From Amoebophrya sp. A120 (taxonomy: Eukaryota > Protista > Dinoflagellata), in the NCBI GenBank assembly GCA_905178155.1, contig CAJINV010000005.1:7680989-7744988 (forward strand): a stretch of 64,000 nucleotides of DNA, given 5' to 3'. This document shows positions 39,101-47,875 of this stretch, piece by piece. Numbering within the stretch: position 1 is the first letter of the stretch; each line of letters opens with the position of its first letter. Under the pieces are notes generated by a model, which ran no database searches, was not told the DNA's origin, and worked only from the letters and a program-made list of their open reading frames with translations. The translations under genes and the position numbers were made by a program.

Positions 39101-42100
39101 ATCCGGCTTGGTGCTATCGTGAAGGTGACCACGGCGAGACGACTTATTCCTGCCCGACCGAATCAGAGGTGCAGGTTCCGGCAGTACGGCTGGGGCCGCT
39201 GCGGTTGCCGAGTTCATCTTTTGCGCACCCTCATCCACTTCTTGGTCTACTTCACAGGCGGGAGGTCGCTCTTTGTTCAGTTGTGTCCTTGGTTGTTTTT
39301 TACGCATGCGCCGGGAACAAGTTGATAGTTCTTGTTCTTCTGGTCCTGCTGGTGCTCGTTCTTGCTTATTTTGCTGCAGGTCAACATGGTTCCGCGGGTC
39401 CAAAATCTTGCCACTCTTCCATTATCGTGTGCAAAAAAGTAGTGCTGGTCGTCCTTAGAATTGTGATGTTCTTTTCAACGTAGTTGTGTTTAGAGCAGTG
39501 CAAATTCTTGCTACACAACCACAAGTAGACGAGCAAGCGCCATCTTTTGAGGACTAGTACCTGCCCCTCAGTCACAAGGGCGTATGGGAGGTACGCGTTT
39601 GCGCATAACCGACGAATTGCCGCTGCAGAGAAAAATATTTTGTTCTTTCAGATAAAAGTGAAAATCTGCATCATGACAAGTGTCAAATTATGGGACGACA
39701 AGCGTAATAAAAGTTTTTGCATATCGAGCGGCCACTTCCCGTCGTGTTGCTCTTGGTATCCTCCTCCCGGCTGTGCTTCGCAGGAAGGTGCAGATCTTTT
39801 TCGCCCGTGTAGGCACTCGTCCCGGTAGAAGAAGAATTCATGATCTTCTTTGCAGGGAGGTCCTTAGAAAAAGAAGTAGTTCTCTCGAGGAAATTGCTGT
39901 TTTTCCTTCTACCCGGCCCAGCTGCGTCGTCGGAAACAAGCTTCGCACCATCTTCAGCAGCACAATCATCGTCGCGGCGTTTCTGAATGGACACTATGCA
40001 ATACAAATTTACAACCGTACGTCTACGTCCTGAAACAAACGCATCACAAATTTATTTGCGAACTTAGAGCAGGGGACTTGTCATGCTGTGGCTGTGCAAG
40101 GTTTGGCTTTGGGGGAAGCGAAATAATAATAAAGTTTTTGTTTTGTCGTGCATAAACATATGTCAGCTGTATGATGAAGTAGACCTGTACGGACAAAAAT
40201 TTTCTTTGGATAAGTAACGTCAATTTCATCGTCCCAAAAGTTGTTGCGCTTTTGAGAGATGGCACCATGACCGCTGAGGAGGTCGGAGCTGCGGCCGACT
40301 GATCTTGTACTATCTTGTTTTCGCCATGTTCTTTGGTGCTGGTGCAGCTGCTTTTACTTTTACCATCGTCCTTCTGATGAAGATGCTGAAGATCATTCGC
40401 GTCACCATTCGCAGTCGCTTTCACAGAGCCCGCCTTGCGGCTTTCACGCCGCCCTCGCTCTGCCGCGCGGTTGTGGTTGTCCGAGTCCTCCACGGTGGAC
40501 TTTTTCTTCAAAAGTCCTGACCCATCCACCTCTCGCACTGCCACATCTTTCACAAGATCACCGGCACTGTTGGGCCCTTGGCCCCGTCCTCGTTCGCGAT
40601 CGCGAGCCCGGTCGCCCTCGTGTCCCCGGGTAGCTTCTCGGTCTCGCTTTCGCTCGCGGTCTCGCTGCTCGGCGGCGGTGCCCGGAACCGTTTGATGCCT
40701 TCCTTTGCCGCACTTCGCCTGGTGGTCCTTATCGTGCTGGTCGTGGTCTCTATCCCTGTATAGTTTCGAAGAGTCTCTTTCTTTGTCATGATGAAATGGA
40801 AAGGCATGTATAATCATGTATGAAGAGCGACTTAACATCCAAGACAAAGAGGATCATCACTGCATATGGAGTAAGTGTAAGTCCAAGACTACGTGCTACT
40901 GCTAGATCGTGCAGAGAATAGAGAAAGTGTCACACTCCTATGTTGACTTCTCCGTACCTGTCTCTCTCCCTGCTTCGGCGCGCTTTCTGATCTTGCAGAC
41001 CAGATGAACGGCCGCCAGGACCAACACTGGTGCCAGCTCTAGAAGCCTGTCTGCTTCTCTTCGCTCTTTCCTCGTCTTGTTATCAAATGCAAAAATGTCT
41101 GGGTCTGGAAGGTGGCAACTCGTGCTGCTGTCTTTGGATGGTAAAAAAAATCTGTATTGCATGACCGGCAAGAGAAGTTCAGTTTGTACTGCGCGGGGTG
41201 GGCATCTCTCATGCGGAATACGCATCAGAAGGACCACCTCTGAAAATCTGTGAAGATGCTAGGTCATGCATTACAAGCATCGTCGGTTATGCAAGGTATG
41301 CATGACAAACCTGGCAATCTACTTCCAGACCCGGACATTTTTGCAGACTTGATACTTGTTCATGCAACGCAAGAATTGCAAGAACAGCACTGCTTTGACT
41401 ATTTTCGCAACCTGGTCCCTCCGCTCTTCGGCTGGTAGTGGTCCCGTATGGATGTTTCAGGTTTGAAATCGACAAAGTTGACATGATTTGTCGTGCATAA
41501 AATCGATGCCGGTTAGACCTACAGTTTGTAGTCGGCGCATGACAAATTTCCCCCGTCCTGGAAGCGAGTCTGCCATGCGGTTTAGGGCAAAAGAGTTGCC
41601 TTCTGTCATGCTAGTCAGCAGTCCAACTCTTGACCCTTACTAGGGCTATGATCTGCCTCCATGTCCACCCTTGCGTCCTCTGCAATAGACTCACTTTTTG
41701 TGTCGCATTTTTTTTATGCATGGCAAATCATTTCAACTTTGACGGTTTCAATCCTGACACTCCCATATCCCGCGGCGGTTCTTTATGGGCACCAGCCCAT
41801 ATGCACGTAGTTTCTCATTCGTTTCCTCAAGACCGGATGCGGCGGCGGGTTTCTTGTCATCTTCGTCCTGCTCCAGGAGAGTCAATGACATCTTGTTCGC
41901 GGCCTGCGTAGAAGTTCTCCCGGACTTCTCAGAAATGCTTCGCTGCACAGCCGTCTGGGTTAATATCTTCTTAGAATATCAAGTGTAAAAATGTCTGGGT
42001 CTGGAAGAATTCATGTTTGTCATGCTTGTCTGGCATGACTCTTAAATCTGTCATGCACGTTACCCAAGAGCTACGCTTTTCTGTGATGCAGAAGCCCAGT

Positions 42101-45100
42101 TTGTCATGCAGAATAGGCAACACCTAGGAGCTCAGAAACTTGTCATGCTGAGCCAGCATTTGTAGCCTCATCATGAGACGCCGCCCAGCATTACAAGTTT
42201 CCAGACCCAGACATTTTTACATTTGATATAGAATTATCCGGATTTATTTTCGCAGGATTTTTCTGCAGCTCTTGTTCACTCCTCGCCAGAACAGCTGCTG
42301 GAGCTGCTACAGCAGCAGCCTGTGCGTGACCAAATGATTTTTTTTCACCCTTCTTGTCACGAACGGATTCGACAGGAGAAGGAAGAGGACCGTGGTCAGT
42401 CGTACGATTTCTCTTTTTAGATGAATCAGCAGCACCAAGACCGCCCGGATTGATCTTATTTACATCAACCGTTTGTTCAACATCAGCACGTTTCGGTGGC
42501 CGCTGTTGTTCATCTCCAACAGGAGGAGCGCCAGGGCCAGGTGGCTGCCTTTCCTTGTCTTTGTCCGCAACATCCAGACCAACAGGGTCGACGCCACGAC
42601 CACCGCCCGCGGAGGACTTGATGGGGTCTTTCTCATCTTTCGGTCCTTTCTGCGGATTTGTTCCCCGCGGGGGCGCATCCTCGTGCTGCGCCAGGTGGCC
42701 GCTGCCAGCACGGGTGGTTATGCATTGCAAAAATAATTGCTCTTCTAGCTCTAGTAGTAGAAAGAAATTAGATGAAAAAGTCGCTCAGCACTACAAACTC
42801 AATTCGTCGTGCTGATTTTATTGCTTGGGTGTTGTCATGCACATTTAATTGCAAGTAGTAGTAGTACAACAAGCAACGATGCTTTTGCACAGGATATTAG
42901 TAGCGCCACCTCCGCGATCTTCGTTTCGGCGGGTACCGCCCGCAGAAGACTGGCAGGTGTCGTATGGGGTTCTCAAGCGTTACATTCTCAGCTGTTACAT
43001 GAATTTGCCATGCCAAAGCACCATCATCATCCTGACGATCAAGCTGCTCCGCATGACAAATTTTCGAAGCGCTAAGCCGCACCTAAATCTGCGCCAAACT
43101 TGTAATGCAAAAGGCGCAATCTTCCTCCTTTCACTTTTGCCAGTCGTGCATTACAAATTCATGTAACAGTTGAGAATGTAACATTTGAGAACTCCATACG
43201 TCGTTGCTTCGGTGGGTGTTGGACCGGCCTTGGTTACCGTTGTTGCCACCCCGCGGTCATTATACATTGCAAAAGTACTATCGTTCACGTAGTACTAGGT
43301 AGCAATTGCATTTACAAATTAGCTCAGCATGATTACACATTTGTAAATGCGGATTTATTTTTTCACAACTAGAACTGTATATACATGACTGCGATCATTT
43401 CTAGTACGAGTACGATGTTTTTGCTATGCATAGGCCTCGGGGCGTATCGCACGAAAAAACTGTTTCACTGTAAGGATTTTGCAAGTTTTGCATCACAAGT
43501 TTGCTCTGCATCACAGAGAAAATTTGCCATGCGAGATTCCGAAGGGAAAACACGCCTAAAAATCCACTGTCTTGCATGTGTAGCAAGACAAACACTTCTC
43601 AGATACATTTTCTGCATTACAAGTTTACAGTGAAACAGTTTTTTCTTGCGATAGGGCGATCCATCCCGGCGCGATCCCGCACCCCTGCCGCCGCTTCGTA
43701 TCCTGGGTAAAAACGGCCCCACACCAGATTTGTCATGCAGATTTGCAATTACAGAAACATTTGCGATGCGCATCCCTGTGGGAGGTATTTAATCGTGATG
43801 TTGTGGTATTTGTCAATGCTGATGTAAGCAGGATGCGATGCGGCTGTCTTTCTCTTTGCTAAGCTTCACTAAAATACAGAGAAAAAACTTGTCATGCGTG
43901 ACTCCCAAACAAATATAAACCTCTTCTGGATCGTTTGTGTTGCTAAGTTCCCAGCAACTTGAGCTTGACTCTGCGGTCACGGTGGGCACATCGTTTTTCC
44001 ACAGGTGGATACTTCGTGGCCGGTCGTTTCCCCGCCGCCTGCCGTGGTTGTTGCCCCGGCCGCGACTGCCACGCGAGTCGCTCCGTGCTCGGCGTCTGGA
44101 ATCGTTGCCACGATCGCGGTTGCCGTAGTGTTTCGCGTGACCCCCGCCGCCGCGATGGTGCTTGTCGCGGCCGCGTGAGTCTCGTTTGCGACTCTCTTTT
44201 ATCCAAGAAAAACTAAACTGCGTTAGTGTAACTTTCTTTGGCTGACAGCATCACAAATTTTGTCTACATGACAGAGAAAGCCTGTCATGCGTGGCTTAGA
44301 AGAGAACACACACACACACGAATAGAGGACTTCATGGTCGTTGTCTGGCATGACAGGCGTAACTCCGTTGCACGTTCTGCATTACAGCATTACACTCACA
44401 CACTTTTTTTCTTGCATAGCTTTTCGCCGCACGCGATTGAGGTCCGCGCCCCGGTGGTCCCTCTCCCTGCTGTATCCTGTGCAAAAGTTAAAGTATCGTA
44501 CTCGTATAAATGCAAGTCTTGCATTACAAATCTTTTTATTAAGGCAAATCCGCATGACAAATTCCATTTCTCATGCTAGGGGAATTTGTATTGCAATTTA
44601 TACTAGTACGATACTTTTGCAGTTCATATGCTGTAGTGCTATCAAATGCAAATATGTCTGGGTCTGGAAGAATCCGAGCTTGCGATGCTGCATTTGGATT
44701 CCAAAAAAAACTATGTTCCATGAGCAGCAAACGAAATGCAATTGTTGCTACGCGGAGAGGGCATTTGTCATGCGGAGTAAGCATCAAAAAGCCCTCAAGA
44801 AATCTGTCATGCTAGGGCATGCATCACAGCCGTCATGGCTCACGCAAAACGTCCATGACAAGTCTCAGAACCTTCCAGACCCAGACACCTTTGCAATCCG
44901 TAGGTGCCGTCTGTAGAGACGGTGGTGGTCCCTAGCGGGCATGATCTCGGCCGACTCGGCTTGTGGTTGTACCTGCTGCTGGTCCGACTGAGCACTAGAC
45001 GCCGCAGACGCTTGTACAGGTAGTTCTTGGGCGGGGTCAGCGTGGGCTTGCTCCGGGTCTTGGTGTAGTTTCGAAGCTTTACGTTTCTTGTTTCGCGAAG

Positions 45101-47875
45101 GAGCAGGAGCAGCCTTGGCTTCGTTCTTGTCTTTCCCTGCCGCCTCGACCTGCGGGGAGGGGGTCGCACAATATGCACTGCAAACGTATCGCACTCGCAG
45201 CTTTGCACTTACAAATTTCTTCAGCAACACAGATTCTGATTTGGCTCATTTATTGTCACGCATGGTTGCAACTAGTACGAATGCGATAGCGATACATTTG
45301 CGGTGCATATACAATGCGACGAAGCAGTTGTTGTGTTTTGCTCGTGGTCGGCACCAAATACAACAACAGCTCGAGGCTTTGGCTTGGACTCTGTGGCGCC
45401 GGTGTAGTAGTTCTTTGGTGTGTAGTTCTCTACTTCTGGCTGAAGACGTGCTGGTGCTTCTTGATCCTGCTCTGCTTCTGCGCTGGACTTCTTACTTTCT
45501 TTCGAAGATTTACTCCTGCTCTTCGCAGTACCCGTATCGTAACGGCTGGAGGTGCTGGTAGTGGGAACTACAACAACTACTTTCTCGTCCTCCCCCGCTT
45601 GAATTCCTTCTTTCTCACGTCGTCCAAGTGCCTCGACGGTGCTGGGTCGTGGAGTAAGTCGAGTACTATAATTTTCGTCTTTGTTATCCTTTTCCAAAGC
45701 TACTGCTCCAACAGTGTCGGTATCAATATTGTCGCCCTGGTACTGGTTACGCCTTTTCTTATTTTTCCTCTTCTTTTTCGGTTCGCTCTCTTCTCCGGTC
45801 TCGTCCTGTTTGTTCTCCGCTGCTTGGAAGGTGGAGTTCTTCTTGTCGCCAACAGGAGAAACCAAGACTTCAGTCCCGACGTTGTGCTCGTCTTGCTTCT
45901 CTTCGCTGTCTTGATGTTGCGCTTGCTTTTTTCCGTTCTTTCGTCGCAGATGACTTGTCTCGACGGTAGCGGTAGGGGTGAGGGGATGATGAATGGGAGT
46001 ACTCTTTTGATGGCCGCTTTCGACAACAGTATCCTTTTCTGAAACAACTCCTTCTACTCCGGTATAATTGGTATTGGTACTGCTGTTGCCCTGCTTTTTC
46101 TTCTTCCTTTTCCTTTTCGGGTCCTCTTGATGTTCGACCCCGTTGTGGTCCTCCTGCTTGTTCTTCTCTGGTGCTTTGGTGTTTCTGTTTTCGCCTTCGC
46201 GTTCGACAACAGGAGGCAATAAATCGTTAGCCGCGACCACGAGGACACTGCTCTCCTCGTCGTTGACTGCTTTCCTGTAGTTTCGGGGTTGAGAAGCAGA
46301 TGAAGCTGCTGGTTGTACTTGTTCTTCAGGCTGTAGTTGGTGCAAAGAAGTTGAACTTGAAGAGGAAGATTGTTGTTGCAAGAAAGAAGTTGAACTTGAA
46401 GAGGAAGGTTGTAATTGAGATGACGACTTTCCCACAGAAGCAGGATGATCAGCTGCAGGAATCCGAGCCCTCTCTGAGGGTAGAAGTTTTAAATCTTCCT
46501 GTTCCTGATCCCGATCTAGCTCCACCGCGTGCTGACTCTTCTTGTTCTTCTTTCTTTTCCTTTTCTTGCCGGTCTGCGTAGTAAAAGATGAACCAATCTC
46601 AGCCTCCTGAATAGCTTCTTCGTTCCTCGAGTCTTTTTCCACCACGACCTGCTGACCGCTCGTTGTAGCAGAAGAAACGACAGGGGAGTTGTCTGGTTTG
46701 TCCCGTTTGTGGGGTTGTTTGGGACCTTGCTGGGGTACTACTGGTGGGAGTTCTGCTGGTCGTTCTCCTGCTTTGTTATTCGAGGACAAAGTGTTGGCTC
46801 GAGCAGATAAGGATGACTTCTGCTTCTTGCATGATGGTATAATGCGCTGGTTGTCTTCTACTTGTACTTGCAAGGTTCTCGTGGTCTTCACATTATGCTG
46901 ATGATGTTCTTGCGGGGCTACAGCTTCTTGAAGAAGAGGTTGTTCTGGTCGGTGGCGCTGCGACGTCGTACTACTACTGTTTGCTCCGACTGGAGCTCCT
47001 CGGGGAACAAGTAGTTCTTCAGCAGCTGGCTCTACTTGTGCTTTCACAGCTGGCAGACCTCCCACTTCCTCGTCTCCCTTTTCGACGTCTTCGCGTTGTT
47101 TCTGCTTCTTTCGCTTCTTCTTTACCGGTTGTTCGTGTTGGCTACTATGGTGGTTACTATGGTGGTCTTGGTCTTGCTCAACTTCTGATACAGTAGTTTG
47201 CGGTGGCAGTAGTGCGTCTACTTCCTCGTGTGCCGTTTGGTCCTCGCGGTCTTTCGGTATGGCCCGCTCAGGTGTTACAATCGCAACTACTGTAATTACG
47301 ACCAACGATACGTATGTGAAGATGCAAAAAGTGCACTAGAGTCGTCTCTTTCCGGAGACATTAAAATTGGTACTATTGCGAAAAGCGCAAGCAAGGCTCC
47401 GGACGTAGTTCCTGAACCTGATGCTCTTCATACAAGAAAGCCCAGACACAGACTCTAATATGCGTAAACAGTTCCAGTTGAGATCGTGACACCTGAGCAG
47501 GGCATAGTTATATTCTGCTTCTTTCGCTTCTTGTTCTTCACAACTACTCGTTCGTCACTACGGTCCAATTGTTCTGGTGCAGCTACTTTTTCTTCAGCTA
47601 CTTTTTCTTCAGGTTCCGCTTTACTGAAGATGTTGTCCTTGCGAGTTGTAGCTATTTCTCCTTTACCTTTTTGTGCAGCTATGGGACGATGTTGAAAATC
47701 CTGTCCAATTTTTTCCTCCGACCACGGTGGCAAAATTTTACTGGAAGTAGATGCACTGGCGGAAGACGAAGATGCTCCTGGTTTATTTCCTGCTTTTTTG
47801 CCCTTTTTTCTCGATGATTTAATGCCTTGACTCGTCGTTTGAAAAAATTCCTCTGCTCGTCCTGGCCGCGACATC
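1..47875 (-). CDS. Giant multi-exon class II-like histone deacetylase with PHD-like finger and long low-complexity regions (3' end outside window, 5' end uncertain)
   Basis: One continuous frame after removing each TAT..ATA element +5 nt and six GT-AG introns. HDAC motifs occur in order: LLVHS (~16650), GDT..TLQAA (~15865), ARPATHH (~14350), GAGFG (~3815), KVAIIDIDTHHGNGTQ (~3400-3445), GSGEGAGYNINI, GDGD, PLGFDALG (~2730), VILSSEGGY (~2340), AACMRALLG. Confidence 0.8.
230..538. mobile_element. Introner family A (TIR core TGTCTGGGTCTGGAA), diverged
   Basis: TAT..ATA; DR ccaat/ccaat. Confidence 0.88.
605..813. mobile_element. Introner family C (TIR AGAAAAAACTG..CACTGTAA)
   Basis: DR ctcct/ctcct. 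Confidence 0.92.
929..1219. mobile_element. Introner family D (TIR AAAAACGTCCC)
   Basis: DR ccggc/ccggg. Confidence 0.9.
1307..1572. mobile_element. Introner family A
   Basis: DR ggtca/ggtca. Confidence 0.93.
1622..1776. mobile_element. Introner family I (TIR AAATTTCCCGTAC)
   Basis: DR gttcg/gttcg. Confidence 0.9.
1974..2235. mobile_element. Introner family A
   Basis: DR ggttg/ggttg. Confidence 0.93.
2459..2725 (-). other. Canonical GT-AG intron
   Basis: GTATAG...AAACAG; joins FDALG to TGLEQSC in frame. Confidence 0.85.
2877..3031. mobile_element. Introner family B (TIR TGCAAAAGTATCGTACTCGTA)
   Basis: DR cctcg/cctcg; splits GSGEG|AGYN. Confidence 0.93.
3088..3342. mobile_element. Introner family A
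   Basis: DR ggccg/ggcca. Confidence 0.92.
3828..4089. mobile_element. Introner family A
   Basis: DR cgccg/cgccg. Confidence 0.93.
4761..4908. mobile_element. Introner family B
   Basis: DR tttgc/tcttc (3/5); frame restored. Confidence 0.85.
6917..7186. mobile_element. Introner family A
   Basis: DR tgttc/tgttc. Confidence 0.93.
7296..7459 (-). other. Canonical GT-AG intron
   Basis: GTATTT...GCTATCAG; phase 1, restores frame. Confidence 0.75.
7568..7739. mobile_element. Introner family B
   Basis: DR tctat/gctat. Confidence 0.88.
7779..7987. mobile_element. Introner family C
   Basis: DR accat/accat. Confidence 0.92.
8219..8454. mobile_element. Introner family D
   Basis: DR ccttt/cagtt (3/5). 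Confidence 0.85.
8461..8609. mobile_element. Introner family B
   Basis: DR agttc/agttc; 6 bp from previous element. Confidence 0.92.
8689..8917. mobile_element. Introner family F (TIR CAGTGCACAACTCCCC)
   Basis: DR tggtt/tggtt. Confidence 0.92.
9391..9594. mobile_element. Introner family C
   Basis: DR tgtga/tttgg (3/5); frame restored. Confidence 0.85.
9742..9890. mobile_element. Introner family B
   Basis: DR aagcc/aagcc. Confidence 0.93.
9939..10156. mobile_element. Introner family C
   Basis: DR tcgtc/tcgtc. Confidence 0.92.
10744..10979. mobile_element. Introner family E (TIR TATGGCGTTCTCAA..TTACATTCTC)
   Basis: DR tccca/tccca. Confidence 0.93.
11339..11484. mobile_element. Introner family B
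   Basis: DR agaaa/agaaa. Confidence 0.93.
12020..12280. mobile_element. Introner family A
   Basis: DR ctttt/ctttt. Confidence 0.93.
12432..12686. mobile_element. Introner family A
   Basis: DR ggtgg/ggtga. Confidence 0.92.
12749..12897. mobile_element. Introner family B
   Basis: DR ttttc/ttttc. Confidence 0.93.
12967..13173. mobile_element. Introner family F
   Basis: DR acgct/acgct. Confidence 0.92.
13381..13644. mobile_element. Introner family A
   Basis: DR ctccc/ctccc. Confidence 0.93.
13702..13911. mobile_element. Introner family C variant
   Basis: DR tgccg/tgccg. Confidence 0.92.
13927..14243 (-). other. Canonical GT-AG intron with ~40-bp internal duplication
   Basis: GTATGA...GCTATCAG; AT-rich; phase 1, restores frame. 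Confidence 0.75.
14553..14813. mobile_element. Introner family A
   Basis: DR ccctt/ccctt. Confidence 0.93.
14881..15034. mobile_element. Introner family I
   Basis: DR aaatc/aaacc. Confidence 0.9.
15389..15597. mobile_element. Introner family C
   Basis: DR tgaac/tgaac. Confidence 0.92.
15979..16251. mobile_element. Introner family A
   Basis: DR cgctt/cgctt. Confidence 0.93.
16298..16418. mobile_element. Introner family B (short)
   Basis: DR cctgg/cctgg. Confidence 0.92.
17068..17176. mobile_element. Introner family G (109 bp, 34-bp perfect TIR)
   Basis: TATCCAGGAAAAAACACCCATCCCCATCCAATTT and its reverse complement; DR tcgtc/tcgtc. Confidence 0.94.
17375..17628. mobile_element. Introner family A
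   Basis: DR ccgag/ccgag. Confidence 0.92.
17896..18165. mobile_element. Introner family A
   Basis: DR gggct/gggct. Confidence 0.93.
18440..18596. mobile_element. Introner family I
   Basis: DR attgg/attgg. Confidence 0.92.
18690..18838. mobile_element. Introner family B
   Basis: DR acctc/acctc. Confidence 0.93.
18887..19124. mobile_element. Introner family F
   Basis: DR tgcgc/tgtgc; opposite orientation to the 8689 copy. Confidence 0.9.
19194..19501. mobile_element. Introner family H (TIR GTCAGG[A/T]TTGAAATCG)
   Basis: DR gttcc/gttct. Confidence 0.9.
20008..20259. mobile_element. Introner family A
   Basis: DR cacgg/cgcgg. Confidence 0.92.
20405..20643. mobile_element. Introner family E
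   Basis: DR tcggg/tcgga. Confidence 0.92.
21059..21330. mobile_element. Introner family A
   Basis: DR ggctc/ggttc; ends GTA. Confidence 0.9.
21413..21563. mobile_element. Introner family B
   Basis: DR cttcg/cttcg. Confidence 0.92.
21991..23040. mobile_element. Introner family A carrying a ~790-bp foreign insertion
   Basis: DR tccac/tccac; family consensus gctacgcg|gagaggg is split by the insert. Confidence 0.92.
22100..22892. mobile_element. Unclassified insertion with (TAG)5 terminus, possible non-LTR retroelement/SINE 3' fragment on the minus strand
   Basis: Starts TAGTAGTAGTAGTAG; ~27-bp internal duplication; lacks the introner motif; no clear TSD. Confidence 0.5.
24305..24469. mobile_element. 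Introner family B
   Basis: DR aagaa/aagaa. Confidence 0.9.
24709..24914. mobile_element. Introner family J (TIR AGAAAAAAAGTT.GTCAC..TCACT)
   Basis: DR tgcag/tgcag; inverted close copy at 56515. Confidence 0.92.
25362..25516. mobile_element. Introner family B
   Basis: DR tgaaa/caaaa (3/5). Confidence 0.88.
25659..25945. mobile_element. Introner family D
   Basis: DR cacag/cacag. Confidence 0.93.
26370..26610. mobile_element. Introner family E
   Basis: DR ctgcc/ctgcc. Confidence 0.93.
26675..26819. mobile_element. Introner family B
   Basis: DR cttct/cctct. Confidence 0.92.
27174..27326. mobile_element. Introner family B
   Basis: DR ggcgc/ggcgc. Confidence 0.92.
27895..28173. mobile_element. 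Introner family D
   Basis: DR tcttt/tcttt. Confidence 0.93.
28506..28664. mobile_element. Introner family B
   Basis: DR tcctg/tcctg. Confidence 0.92.
29007..29274. mobile_element. Introner family A
   Basis: DR gacct/ggcct. Confidence 0.92.
30097..30255. mobile_element. Introner family K (TIR AAAAAA.TGTTAAC.TTAA), single copy here
   Basis: DR gcttg/gcttg; frame restored. Confidence 0.88.
30475..30625. mobile_element. Introner family B, degenerate
   Basis: DR gcgaa/gcgga. Confidence 0.83.
31289..31452. mobile_element. Introner family I
   Basis: DR gttgg/gttgg. Confidence 0.92.
32914..33148. mobile_element. Introner family E
   Basis: DR ttctt/ttctt. Confidence 0.93.
35153..35324. mobile_element. 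Introner family B, degenerate
   Basis: DR cttgg/cttga. Confidence 0.83.
35396..35634. mobile_element. Introner family E
   Basis: DR gctga/gctgg. Confidence 0.9.
35839..36026 (-). other. Canonical GT-AG intron
   Basis: GTACTT...TACAAAAG; phase 1, in frame. Confidence 0.7.
36201..36422 (-). other. Canonical GT-AG intron
   Basis: GTACAA...TACAAAAG; phase 1, in frame. Confidence 0.7.
36784..37045. mobile_element. Introner family A
   Basis: DR gcagt/gcagt. Confidence 0.93.
37258..37579. mobile_element. Introner family A, degenerate
   Basis: DR cctcg/cctcg; frame restored. Confidence 0.83.
38705..38943. mobile_element. Highly degenerate introner
   Basis: Residual TIR tatccaaggaaaataaagcatcg / cgatgctttgatttatttgcctggagta; DR lost; +5 rule restores frame. 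Confidence 0.65.
39423..39723. mobile_element. Highly degenerate introner
   Basis: TAT..ATA; DR tccat/tcgag; +5 rule restores frame. Confidence 0.65.
39995..40212. mobile_element. Highly degenerate introner (I-like)
   Basis: TAT..ATA; internal motif present; DR lost; +5 rule restores frame. Confidence 0.6.
40756..40957 (-). other. Canonical GT-AG intron
   Basis: GTACGG...CTATACAG; phase 2, in frame. Confidence 0.7.
41081..41354. mobile_element. Introner family A
   Basis: DR cttgt/cttgt. Confidence 0.92.
41447..41767. mobile_element. Introner family H
   Basis: DR tcccg/tcccg. Confidence 0.92.
41977..42228. mobile_element. Introner family A
   Basis: DR tagaa/tagaa; inverted close copy of the 3088 element. 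Confidence 0.93.
42719..42896. mobile_element. Introner family B, degenerate
   Basis: DR gtggt/ttagt. Confidence 0.82.
42963..43198. mobile_element. Introner family E
   Basis: DR tgtcg/cgtcg. Confidence 0.92.
43261..43432. mobile_element. Introner family B, degenerate
   Basis: DR gtcat/ggcct. Confidence 0.8.
43445..43653. mobile_element. Introner family C
   Basis: DR gggcg/gggcg; inverted relative to the 605 copy. Confidence 0.92.
43699..43917. mobile_element. Introner family D lacking one TIR; possible GT-AG intron 43694-43920 (-)
   Basis: Left D TIR intact, right TIR absent. Confidence 0.75.
44200..44418. mobile_element. Introner family C
   Basis: DR tcttt/gcttt. Confidence 0.88.
44473..44628. 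mobile_element. Introner family B
   Basis: DR tgctg/tgctg. Confidence 0.92.
44640..44902. mobile_element. Introner family A
   Basis: DR agtgc/ggtgc; ends GTA. Confidence 0.9.
45172..45309. mobile_element. Introner family B, degenerate
   Basis: DR cacaa/tacaa. Confidence 0.83.
47258..47506. mobile_element. Introner family L (TIR GCTCAGGTGT.AC.ATC.CAACT), old single copy
   Basis: Clear TIR, DR lost, +5 rule restores frame. Confidence 0.78.

Noticed and set aside
29450-46042. Long plus-strand ORFs (e.g. 29450-30130, 31454-32254, 45314-46042)
   Set aside because: Antisense shadows of low-complexity minus-strand exons
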